This document shows positions 57,501 through 64,000 of a stretch of 64,000 nt of DNA, piece by piece. How positions within the stretch are numbered: position 1 is the stretch's first letter; every line of letters starts with the position of its first letter. The position numbers were made by a program, and so were the translations under genes. Location of the stretch: contig JAJYWN010000060.1 of NCBI GenBank assembly GCA_021791495.1, forward strand, positions 141,591 to 205,590, given 5' to 3'. Under the pieces are notes generated by a model. That model did not search any database. It was not told the DNA's origin and worked only from the letters and a program-made list of their open reading frames with translations. Source of the stretch: Bacillota bacterium (lineage in GTDB: Bacteria; Bacillota; Sulfobacillia; JAJYWN01).

Positions 57501-58028
57501 GGTGGTGGTCAGGCGGGTGCTGTATGGCATCTGCACCGGCGGAGCGAAAGGCGACCCCTCCGTGCTCACGCCGGTGGTGGAGACGACCAGGCCCGTCTGC
57601 GGGGTGTGAACTACCTTTACGCTACGGACGGGTGATTCACGAATAAGGACCGAACACAAGCCGGCACTATACTCAGGCAGGACCGCCAAAAGGCGGTGGT
57701 ACAGGTAAAACGCCAGGTTCTCCACGGACGGATTGACTTTCCGGAAGTTCGCCAGCTCGTTCAGGACCCGGCCGTCGAAGGGGCTGATCTGGGCCTTGAT
57801 TTCCGCTTCCAGATCGGCAAAGGGTATAGTATTATCCTCCGGTGGGACTAGTTCTACCTCCATGCTGCATGAATGCTTATGCAATGGACCAAGGTTCCCA
57901 CCAACCGCCACTTGATGCCGAAGCTCAAAGAAGACGGTGACGGTGATCCTCAGTTCCGGCCGGCCATACTCCAACCGTGCGTTCCTTCCCGTCCGTAACA
58001 ATGCCCGGAGGGGGTCGGCCAAGCCCAC
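54519..58028 (-). CDS. QueD/PTPS-like domain (TIGR03112-like) + Pro-rich linker + PTPS-related GT-C-like membrane protein
   Basis: H..LHKHS, LNEL..F..VNPSVENLA, RESP; then YPWGSDTWAH..K, WYNGVEPFRYWAPLPY, EGNLPR, LTHAM, FGWAWQGA; start may be TTG 57974. Confidence 0.82.
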   Translation of the reverse strand: MGLADPLRALLRTGRNARLEYGRPELRITVTVFFELRHQVAVGGNLGPLHKHSCSMEVELVPPEDNTIPFADLEAEIKAQISPFDGRVLNELANFRKVNPSVENLAFYLYHRLLAVLPEYSAGLCSVLIRESPVRSVKVVHTPQTGLVVSTTGVSTEGSPFAPPVQMPYSTRLTTTVQGEEPPDRPVYGEVPPSPGQRPSSDFDQPGEGPPAATGTGITRPEIPPAPQAPVSFPVSSAAPASAPSDAETEASAGPGTGAGAEADGRLVGAALAGSKFPSRRRRKILMRLMPPGAGEYDPLSIPSRALERHKPVPRWRRLLWGAFLALIGAVLYHKIIWPPAAEQYPWGSDTWAHIAKAKFLKEEIARGNLFPLFNPAWYNGVEPFRYWAPLPYYVLAAIMAVLADPFRAGGAYVAVAAVIGALGWLPHRKRLGSEGALIAAGLWMIWPDHVRVAMSEGNLPRALATALFPVALHFFLNVLERQDWPRSAFVLIGIDALLVLTHAMIAAGFFVIQTVLAAAWTVVGGLRARDVGRGLAVTFAGIAASAWWLLPALRAGIVSVDAAAVTSSIQYFPVTESFNPFLRLTNPEIFYWGLALVPVALWVLITWKQRQGLSRAALVTGILTVAVTTPLLRPLYNSLPLHHLLWPIYMASAAPAMFYLALLQPTSGRPLGGRKAAAYILLLLIALLVLDAVPTLRLISTRPKPTVVERAVRELPAGSGWREATLDLSGFGSTAAYLVGVEGGREQVFGWAWQGATTAQNIVWVNRALKEHRWSFMFNELRELGATHLVVRRDLVAPRLDEFLAEAEILGYREKWRSSEVILLASDATGPYAILSSYQGLAIGRYASNLAMVFPALEVGSDMFVDSYSPATLARYKTVVVSGALWRNKAKAEEVLRQYTLGGGKLIVDLQGLPEDTLSRRPSLFGVTGEPVNLYQPLVAYRTDQGGEPLRLAPFDPTYDPWKGLSPQSLTRTDLYFSHLGEKTALIGTKDVGGKDVYFVGGNLPFHAFLTGDPVATALLSDLLGLKADAVPESKLLPLDGYSATAHGYSFGLTVPENTSSWAVTVPVAFRNNLTVEANGDPVPAREREHLLTLALVPGRFTISVKPEPPREMLAGGLISAVTLALAAFLLLRAQSARGGVAHGKKRARGKSGSPSGGSAPASRGISA

Positions 58029-58169
58029 CCCCCACTAACTAGTATCACGTTCATCTAACGCGGCTCTAACCGTCGACTAACACCAGCCGAGAAAGGGGAA
58101 AACCGGTGAACAAAGAACATCTCCCTAGTCGCCATATGCAAGTAGACAAAGGACAGGAGGGACCGTTAG

Positions 58170-59969
58170 ATGCAGAAACGCCTGACCCGCTCCGAAGTCC
58201 CGGTGGAACAGACCTGGAAAATCGAAGACCTTTTCCCCACTTTTGAAGCCTGGGAAGCCGGGCTCGCCGCCGTCGAGACCAAGCTGGCCACCGTGACCGC
58301 CTTCAAAGGACGGTTGGGTGAGGGCGCCGCCACTTACCTTGCGTGCCTGGAAGCTCTGGAAGCCTTACAGGGGGAGTTCATGCGTGTCGGATCGTACGCA
58401 TCCCTGAACCTGTCCGCTGATGGGACGTCCCCGGCGAACCAGGCAGCCGCCGCACGCGTGGGAGCCTTGATGGCTAAGTTCGGCGCGGCCACCGCCTTCG
58501 TCCAGACCGAGTCGCTCGCCCTTCCCGACGGTACCCTCGAAGGCTACCTGGCCTCCGAACCGAAGCTGGAGCCCTTCCGGCGCGCCATCCAGCTCACCCT
58601 GAAGGACAAGCCCCACGTCCTGAACCCCGAAACCGAGGTGGCGCTGGCCTCTCTCTCGGAAGTACTGGGTGCCCCGTCCCTCATCTACAATCGGTCGAAG
58701 AGTTCGGACATGGCTTTCGACCCCATTACGGACAGCAAGGGAACCCAACTGCCGATGTCCTTCGCGGTGTACGAGGGCCATTACGAGAAGTCACCCGACC
58801 CGGTCCTCCGCCGGAACGCCTACGCCTCTTTCACCAAGGGTTTGAAGGCCTACAAGAACACCTACGCCGCCGCCTGGGCTACGGAAGTCAAGCGGAACGT
58901 GGTCATGAGCCGGCTGCGTCACTACCCGACCACGGCCCACTTCCTTCTGCACCGTCAGGAGGTAACCTTGGATGTCTATAACAATCTACACGACATCATC
59001 TTGAAAGAACTGGCGCCCCACATGCGCCGTTATGTCGAACTCCGTCGGAAGGTGCTGGGGCTAGACAGGATCCTTTACTGTGACATCGAGGCCCCGCTGG
59101 ACCCCGACTTCAGTCCGCCCACCACCTTCGCCGAAGCGTCGGACATCATTCTGAACGGCCTGTCGGTGCTGGGTAAAGAATATACGGACATCATCGCCCA
59201 GGGCCTGAAGAACCGCTGGATCGACTGGGCCGATAACGTCGGCAAGTCCACGGGCGCCTTCTGCAACAGCGTCTACGGCGTCCATCCCTATGTCCTCATC
59301 ACCTGGACCAGCAACATGCGGGACGCGCTGGTTCTCTCGCACGAACTGGGGCACGCCGGGCACGGCGTGTTGAGCCAGCGGTATCAGCGTCTGGTGAACA
59401 CGCGGCCGTCCATGTTCTTCGTGGAGTCGCCGTCCACCATCAACGAACTCCTGGTCGGCCAGAGCATCCTGGACCGCAGCTCGGACCAGCGCATGCGGCG
59501 TTGGGTCATCATGCAGTTCCTAGCCACCTACTATCATAACTATGTCCGGCACCTCATCGAGGGCGAACTGCAGCGGCGCATCTACGCCATGGCCGAGCAG
59601 GGCCGGCCCATCACCGAGCAAGTCCTCTCGAAGGTCCAAGGCGACATCCTGGCCGAGTTCTGGGGCGATGTCCTGGAAATCGACGACGGTGCCCGCCTGA
59701 CCTGGATGCGGCAACCCCACTACTACATGGGTCTGTACCCGTACAGTTACTCGGCCGGACTAACTATCGGCACCGCCGTCTCTCAAGCCATCCGCGAGGA
59801 GGGCCAGCCGGCCGTGGACCGGTGGCTGAAGGTGCTGAAGGCCGGAGGGACGGCCACGCCCATCGAACTGGCGAAGATGGCCGGGGTCGACATGAGCAAG
59901 CCGGAGCCCATCCGGAAAGCCGTCGCCTACGTTGGGTCACTCATCGACGAAGTCGTGAAGAGCTTCTAG
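58170..59969 (+). CDS. pepF: Oligoendopeptidase F paralogue 3
   Basis: GKSTGAFC, HELGH, ESPST, WMRQPHYYMGLY; AGGAGG RBS. Confidence 0.95.
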   Translation: MQKRLTRSEVPVEQTWKIEDLFPTFEAWEAGLAAVETKLATVTAFKGRLGEGAATYLACLEALEALQGEFMRVGSYASLNLSADGTSPANQAAAARVGALMAKFGAATAFVQTESLALPDGTLEGYLASEPKLEPFRRAIQLTLKDKPHVLNPETEVALASLSEVLGAPSLIYNRSKSSDMAFDPITDSKGTQLPMSFAVYEGHYEKSPDPVLRRNAYASFTKGLKAYKNTYAAAWATEVKRNVVMSRLRHYPTTAHFLLHRQEVTLDVYNNLHDIILKELAPHMRRYVELRRKVLGLDRILYCDIEAPLDPDFSPPTTFAEASDIILNGLSVLGKEYTDIIAQGLKNRWIDWADNVGKSTGAFCNSVYGVHPYVLITWTSNMRDALVLSHELGHAGHGVLSQRYQRLVNTRPSMFFVESPSTINELLVGQSILDRSSDQRMRRWVIMQFLATYYHNYVRHLIEGELQRRIYAMAEQGRPITEQVLSKVQGDILAEFWGDVLEIDDGARLTWMRQPHYYMGLYPYSYSAGLTIGTAVSQAIREEGQPAVDRWLKVLKAGGTATPIELAKMAGVDMSKPEPIRKAVAYVGSLIDEVVKSF

Positions 59970-59992
59970 ATGGTAACAAGGAGGAAGCACCC

Positions 59993-60922
59993 GTGCACGT
60001 CTTGATCGCCGGTGGTACGGGGTTCCTGGGAAAACCTCTGATCAAGGAGTTGCAGGCGGGTGGGCACCGGGTAACGGTGCTCACCCGCTCTCCCGACGGC
60101 GCCCGGCGGGCGCTGGGCCAGGCGGGACTTGTCGGAACGTTGCCTGACCACGATGTGGCCATCGCGGCCTGGACCGACCTTGCCGGGGCCCTGAGAGGGG
60201 TCGACGGTGTCGTCAACCTGGCCGGCGCGTCCATTGGCGAAGGCCGCTGGACGCCCCAGCGAAAGGCCGAGCTGGTGGACAGCCGCCTCAGTTCCACCCG
60301 GGCCATCGTCTCGGCCTTGGGGCGGGTGGAACCACGGCCCAAGGTGCTGGTGAACGCGTCGGCTGTCGGCTACTATGGGGACCGGGCGGAGAAAGTGGAC
60401 GAGGGCTCCGCTCCGGGAGGCGACTTTCTGGCGGGGCTGTGCCAAAAGTGGGAAGAGTTCGCCGAGGGCGCTACTTCCTCGGGTGTGAGGGTGGTCCGCG
60501 TCCGGACCGGAGTGGCGCTGGCAAAGGATGGTGGTGCCCTGAGCCGGATGCTTCTGCCTTTCAAGCTTTTCGCCGGGGGCCCCATGGGCTCGGGCCGGCA
60601 GGGTTTCCCCTGGGTGCACCGGGCGGACGTGGTCGGCCTGATCCGGTTCGCCCTCGAGCACGATGAGGTGTCGGGCCCCTTGAACGCCGTAGCTCCCGAT
60701 ATGGTAGACAACGCGGGCTTCTCGCGCGCCCTGGGGCGGGCCTTGCATCGCCCGTCCTGGCTGCCCCTACCCGGTTTCGCCCTGCGCCTGGCTCTGGGGG
60801 AAATGGCGGGCCCCCTTCTCCTCTCGGGTCAGTTTGTAAGGCCGGCGGCGGCCGAGAAGTTCGGCTATCACTGGCGTTTCCCGAAACTGGTCGGGGCCCT
60901 GGACGACCTGTTCAGGCAGTAG
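59993..60922 (+). CDS. TIGR01777/YfcH-family epimerase-like oxidoreductase
   Basis: IAGGTGFLG, VNLAGASI..RWT..RK, ASAVGYYG, GGPMGSGRQ.FPWVH; GTG after AGGAGG. Confidence 0.92.
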   Translation: MHVLIAGGTGFLGKPLIKELQAGGHRVTVLTRSPDGARRALGQAGLVGTLPDHDVAIAAWTDLAGALRGVDGVVNLAGASIGEGRWTPQRKAELVDSRLSSTRAIVSALGRVEPRPKVLVNASAVGYYGDRAEKVDEGSAPGGDFLAGLCQKWEEFAEGATSSGVRVVRVRTGVALAKDGGALSRMLLPFKLFAGGPMGSGRQGFPWVHRADVVGLIRFALEHDEVSGPLNAVAPDMVDNAGFSRALGRALHRPSWLPLPGFALRLALGEMAGPLLLSGQFVRPAAAEKFGYHWRFPKLVGALDDLFRQ

Positions 60923-61325
60923 CAGGTGACAGCCAAAGCACCTTTAGGTCTCCCTTTCTCTCCAGGCTCCTGAACTCCGAGTCGCCGGTAACCAAGGTAG
61001 CATCGCGTTCCTGGGCTAACGCGGCTGCAAAGCAGTCGGCATAGGAAAGTCCACCGGCCACCTTGAGTCTCGCGGCCGTCTTCACTCGGTTCCAAGTCGG
61101 CTCCACGACTTCAACGTTGGGACTCCGCAGAGTTCTGGCTACGACTTCTTCGGCTATCGCTTCAGAACGGTGGCGAAGGATGATGTAGAACACTTCGCCC
61201 AAGTTGATGGCGCTGATGGCAATGAGGACGTCGTCCGAGGCTAAGATTGATGCGACTTGAGAACCACCGGGCTCACCGTTTAAGAAGGCCAACAAGGCTG
61301 AGCCGTCAAGAACATACTCATCCAT
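60912..61325 (-). CDS. vapC: VapC-type PIN toxin
   Basis: VLDGSALLA...E, INLGEV, LSYAD..A, LVTGD.EF. Confidence 0.9.
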   Translation of the reverse strand: MDEYVLDGSALLAFLNGEPGGSQVASILASDDVLIAISAINLGEVFYIILRHRSEAIAEEVVARTLRSPNVEVVEPTWNRVKTAARLKVAGGLSYADCFAAALAQERDATLVTGDSEFRSLERKGDLKVLWLSPATA

Positions 61326-61566
61326 GCCGACTATCTTCCTTCGCCCGGTCGCGTCGTCTCTCTTCTAGCAAAGCCTCTGTTAGGCTACTGCCTTCCTTTA
61401 GTGCTCCCTGGAGGGCCAACAGAGGATGGCGCTCCAACGGCTCCAGAATAATCTTGCCATCAGCCAATACGATCGATAGCTGGTCCCCTTGACGTAGGTC
61501 GAGCTTCTCCCGGACAGTCCTTGGGATCACAATCTGTCCCTTCGAGGATATCTTGATCGCCGGCAT
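61318..61566 (-). CDS. AbrB/MazE-type antitoxin
   Basis: KISSKGQIVIP..VR.KL....GD; overlaps toxin start. Confidence 0.9.
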   Translation of the reverse strand: MPAIKISSKGQIVIPRTVREKLDLRQGDQLSIVLADGKIILEPLERHPLLALQGALKEGSSLTEALLEERRRDRAKEDSRHG

Positions 61567-61621
61567 GTACTCCACCTCCAAGGCCGTCTTACCTGACCGT
61601 GATTCTTATGCGTGGTACTCA

Positions 61622-61641
61622 CTTACACTGTAGAGTGTAAG
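61622..61641. promoter_or_regulatory. Palindromic TA operator
   Basis: CTTACACT-GTAG-AGTGTAAG upstream of the antitoxin. Confidence 0.7.
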
Positions 61642-61765
61642 CCGGCCTCCGTGCTTAGGCAAGAGCCGCCAAGGGATTTTCGTCCGTAGCGCGAACCTTC
61701 TTACCCATCGTCCATGCTCGTGCTCACTTCACTACCCACAAACTCCGGGGAGGCAACGGAAAACG

Positions 61766-63205
61766 ATGACCACCAAGGACCTGACTGCCATCGACCGCGA
61801 CATCATTGCCGAGATCTGGACATCGGAAGAGGCCTATGAAAATCTCGTCTACCTGTGCGATGAGTGCGGCAGCCGCTTTGGCGGCACGGAGGGCGAGCGC
61901 CGGGCCGTGGATTTCATGGCGGCCAAGCTGCGCCAGTACGGGCTGGAGAATGTGCGCCTCGAAGAGGTGGCTTATAACTCGTGGACCCGCGGCACGGCCA
62001 AGCTCGAGGTATTGAGCCCGGTGCGCACCGAACTGCCCTGTATCGCCCTCCCCTACTGCCCGTCGGGCACCGTCGAAGCGGACCTGGCCTTCGTCGGTCA
62101 GGGCCACCCCCAAGACTACGAGGATAAGGCCGAGGCCATCAAAGGCAACATCGCCATGGTCAGCACCAAGCCCCCCGCCTTTATGCGCCGCGGCATGCAC
62201 CGCATGGAGAAATACTTCCGAGCCCTCGAGAAGGGCGCCGTGGGCTTCATCTGGATGCGCGAGGAAGGCGGGCTGCTGCCCGAGACCGGATCGCTCACCT
62301 TCAACGCCGCCGCCCCGACGCTGGGCATCGGTGTATCGAAGGAAGTGGGCGCCACGCTGCTCCGGATGGCGAAGAAAGGCAAGGTCCGCCTCCGCATCAC
62401 CGCCGAGAACACGATCAAACCCGCCGTCTCCTGGAACGTGGTGGGCGACATCCCCGGGCGGGCGGATTCCGCTCATCGCGACAGCGTCCTGGTCTTCGGT
62501 GGCCATTTCGACGGCCACGACATCTCCCAGGGCGCCATGGACGACGGGTCGGGCGCTGTGGTGGCTATGGAGGCGGCGCGTGGGCTGGCGCGCCACAAGG
62601 GGAAACTCGATCGCACCGTGCGCGTCATCTGCTTCCCCCTTGAAGAGATCGGGCTCATCGGCTCCCACTCCTACGTCGACCGACACGCCGGCGCCGGTGA
62701 CGAAATACCGAAGGTGGAGTTCATGCTGAACCTGGACGGGGCCGGGCGGGGCGGCGAGACGGCCATCGTTCTCCAAGGGTGGACCGAATTGCGCGGCCTC
62801 TTCAACGATATCGGCAAGGACATGAAGCAGCCGCTGATCGCAGTCAGCCAGATCAGCCCTTACTCCGACATGTTCCCCTTCGCCCTAGCCGGGGTGCCCT
62901 CCGCCACCATGCAGGCGATAAGCGAGGGCCCACGCACCGGACGCGGGTGGGGCCACACCGCCGCGGACACGCTCGACAAGGTTTCGCCGCGCGGGCTGCA
63001 GATGGACGCCCTAACAGTGGCGCGCGTGTTCCTGCGCCTGGCCACCCTGGAGGCGGGCACGCCGGGTGCGGGGCTGCCCAAGGCGACCTGGAAAGGCACC
63101 TGGCCGGCGGCCCGCAAAGGCCCGGCCGAGTTGAAAGCGCTCCTGGGCGAGCAGGACCTCCTAGACGTGTTAAGGGTGGAGGGCCGGTACCCGTTCAAGG
63201 ATTGA
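61766..63205 (+). CDS. M28 family peptidase with PA domain
   Basis: GSRFGGT.GE, GHFDG, GAMDDGSG, EEIGLIGS, NLDG, SDM.PF, HT.ADT.DK. Confidence 0.9.
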   Translation: MTTKDLTAIDRDIIAEIWTSEEAYENLVYLCDECGSRFGGTEGERRAVDFMAAKLRQYGLENVRLEEVAYNSWTRGTAKLEVLSPVRTELPCIALPYCPSGTVEADLAFVGQGHPQDYEDKAEAIKGNIAMVSTKPPAFMRRGMHRMEKYFRALEKGAVGFIWMREEGGLLPETGSLTFNAAAPTLGIGVSKEVGATLLRMAKKGKVRLRITAENTIKPAVSWNVVGDIPGRADSAHRDSVLVFGGHFDGHDISQGAMDDGSGAVVAMEAARGLARHKGKLDRTVRVICFPLEEIGLIGSHSYVDRHAGAGDEIPKVEFMLNLDGAGRGGETAIVLQGWTELRGLFNDIGKDMKQPLIAVSQISPYSDMFPFALAGVPSATMQAISEGPRTGRGWGHTAADTLDKVSPRGLQMDALTVARVFLRLATLEAGTPGAGLPKATWKGTWPAARKGPAELKALLGEQDLLDVLRVEGRYPFKD

Positions 63206-63247
63206 CTGTCTGTAACCTCTAGATCGCTGGAGACAATAGATGCCGAG

Positions 63248-63841
63248 GTGATAGCCTTGGGCATCGGCGAAGTCGTCCTGCGGGTCGTCGTCGCCTTCGT
63301 TGTGTTGGCCGTGGTAGCCAGGCTGCAAGGGAACAAAGAAGCTGCCCATATGACCTTTTTCAACTTCGTTGCCGCAGCCACGCTGGCGGCGGTGGCCGGT
63401 GCCCTTTCCGTTCACGAAAACCTTCCTATCGTCACGGGAGCCACGGCCATCGTTGCCTGGGGTGTGCTGCTCGGAGGCGCCACGTATATCACGCTGAAAA
63501 GCCCCCGTTTGCGCCAAGCGCTGGACGGGGAACCTCTGATCATCATTCAGAACGGGAAGATCGTCCGGGAGAACATGGCCAAGAACCGGTACAACATGAG
63601 CGAACTCATGTCCCACCTCCGCGAGCAGGGCGTTTTCAGCCTCAAGGAAGTGGCCTACGCCATACTCGAAACCAACGGCAAGCTCAGCATCCTAAAACAC
63701 CCCGCGTACCAGCAGGTGACCCGGAAGGACCTCGGTCTTGAAGCCAAAGGCCCTTCCGGCAAGCGGGCTCTGGGCCGCGGAGGCGAGATCCTAGAGCCCA
63801 CAGTGAGCGGCAAATCGTCTCCGAAGAAGGTTGAGCGATAG
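63248..63841 (+). CDS. DUF421 (YetF-like) membrane protein
   Basis: G.K....MTFFNF, GEP.III.NGKI, LR.QG.F....V..AILE.NG.LS. Confidence 0.9.
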   Translation: MIALGIGEVVLRVVVAFVVLAVVARLQGNKEAAHMTFFNFVAAATLAAVAGALSVHENLPIVTGATAIVAWGVLLGGATYITLKSPRLRQALDGEPLIIIQNGKIVRENMAKNRYNMSELMSHLREQGVFSLKEVAYAILETNGKLSILKHPAYQQVTRKDLGLEAKGPSGKRALGRGGEILEPTVSGKSSPKKVER

Positions 63842-63844
63842 CGG

Positions 63845-64000
63845 TCACTTGGCCGTCGTGCCGGCGTTGACCTTGGAGACGACCAACAGGCCTTCCTGAC
63901 CCAGCGGTGCCAACTCGACGAAATACCCCTTGCGACCGTCGGTGAAGACCAAGGGCACCGAGGTGGCGCTGGCATTGCCGCCGACGTAAGTGGCCACCGT
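63845..64000 (-). CDS. 3' end of an unidentified protein, truncated by window edge
   Basis: Open frame TVATYVGGNASATSVPLVFTDGRKGYFVELAPLGQEGLLVVSKVNAGTTAK-stop with GC3-rich codons. Confidence 0.5.
   Translation of the reverse strand, partial: TVATYVGGNASATSVPLVFTDGRKGYFVELAPLGQEGLLVVSKVNAGTTAK

Noticed and set aside
32275..58028. QueG-like plus QueD-like genes as a queuosine/7-deazaguanine pathway
   Set aside because: 24 kb apart, no queC/queE/queF/tgt/dpdA in the window, and the QueD-like domain belongs to the XrtG cassette

Overview
GC-rich bacterial chromosome segment, most consistent with an anaerobic, peptide/amino-acid-using Bacillota (Firmicutes): sigma-A promoters, SAM-I and M-box riboswitches, an XrtG-type exosortase and a BMP lipoprotein. 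I saw no rRNA, tRNA, CRISPR array, integrase or transposase. Most of the window is metabolism and transport: three PepF paralogues, GGT, arginase-like, saccharopine dehydrogenase-like and HcnABC-like oxidoreductase genes, a nucleoside ABC operon, and a SAM-riboswitch-controlled DUF39/NIL-Fer/UPF0280 homocysteine operon. The most notable region is 44.6-58.0 kb. It joins a mycobacterial-type polyprenyl-phospho-arabinose cassette (UbiA/DPPR synthase, DprE1-like, DprE2-like) to two GT-C-like membrane proteins (one fused to a Cys-less QueD-like domain), a polyprenol-P glycosyltransferase, a small flippase, a processive GT2 synthase, an exosortase G and a substrate with an IPTL-CTERM-like signal. 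I interpret this as a candidate arabinofuranosylating surface-glycan/protein-sorting system. Other oddities: an M-box (Mg2+) riboswitch in front of an ABC-2 exporter, an orphan CI/Cro-like switch upstream of a degenerate McrB-like AAA protein and an HD-TIM-barrel fusion, two internally deleted pseudogenes, and frequent slippage-type Gly/Ser/Ala insertions. Family assignments come from motif recognition only; no searches were run.
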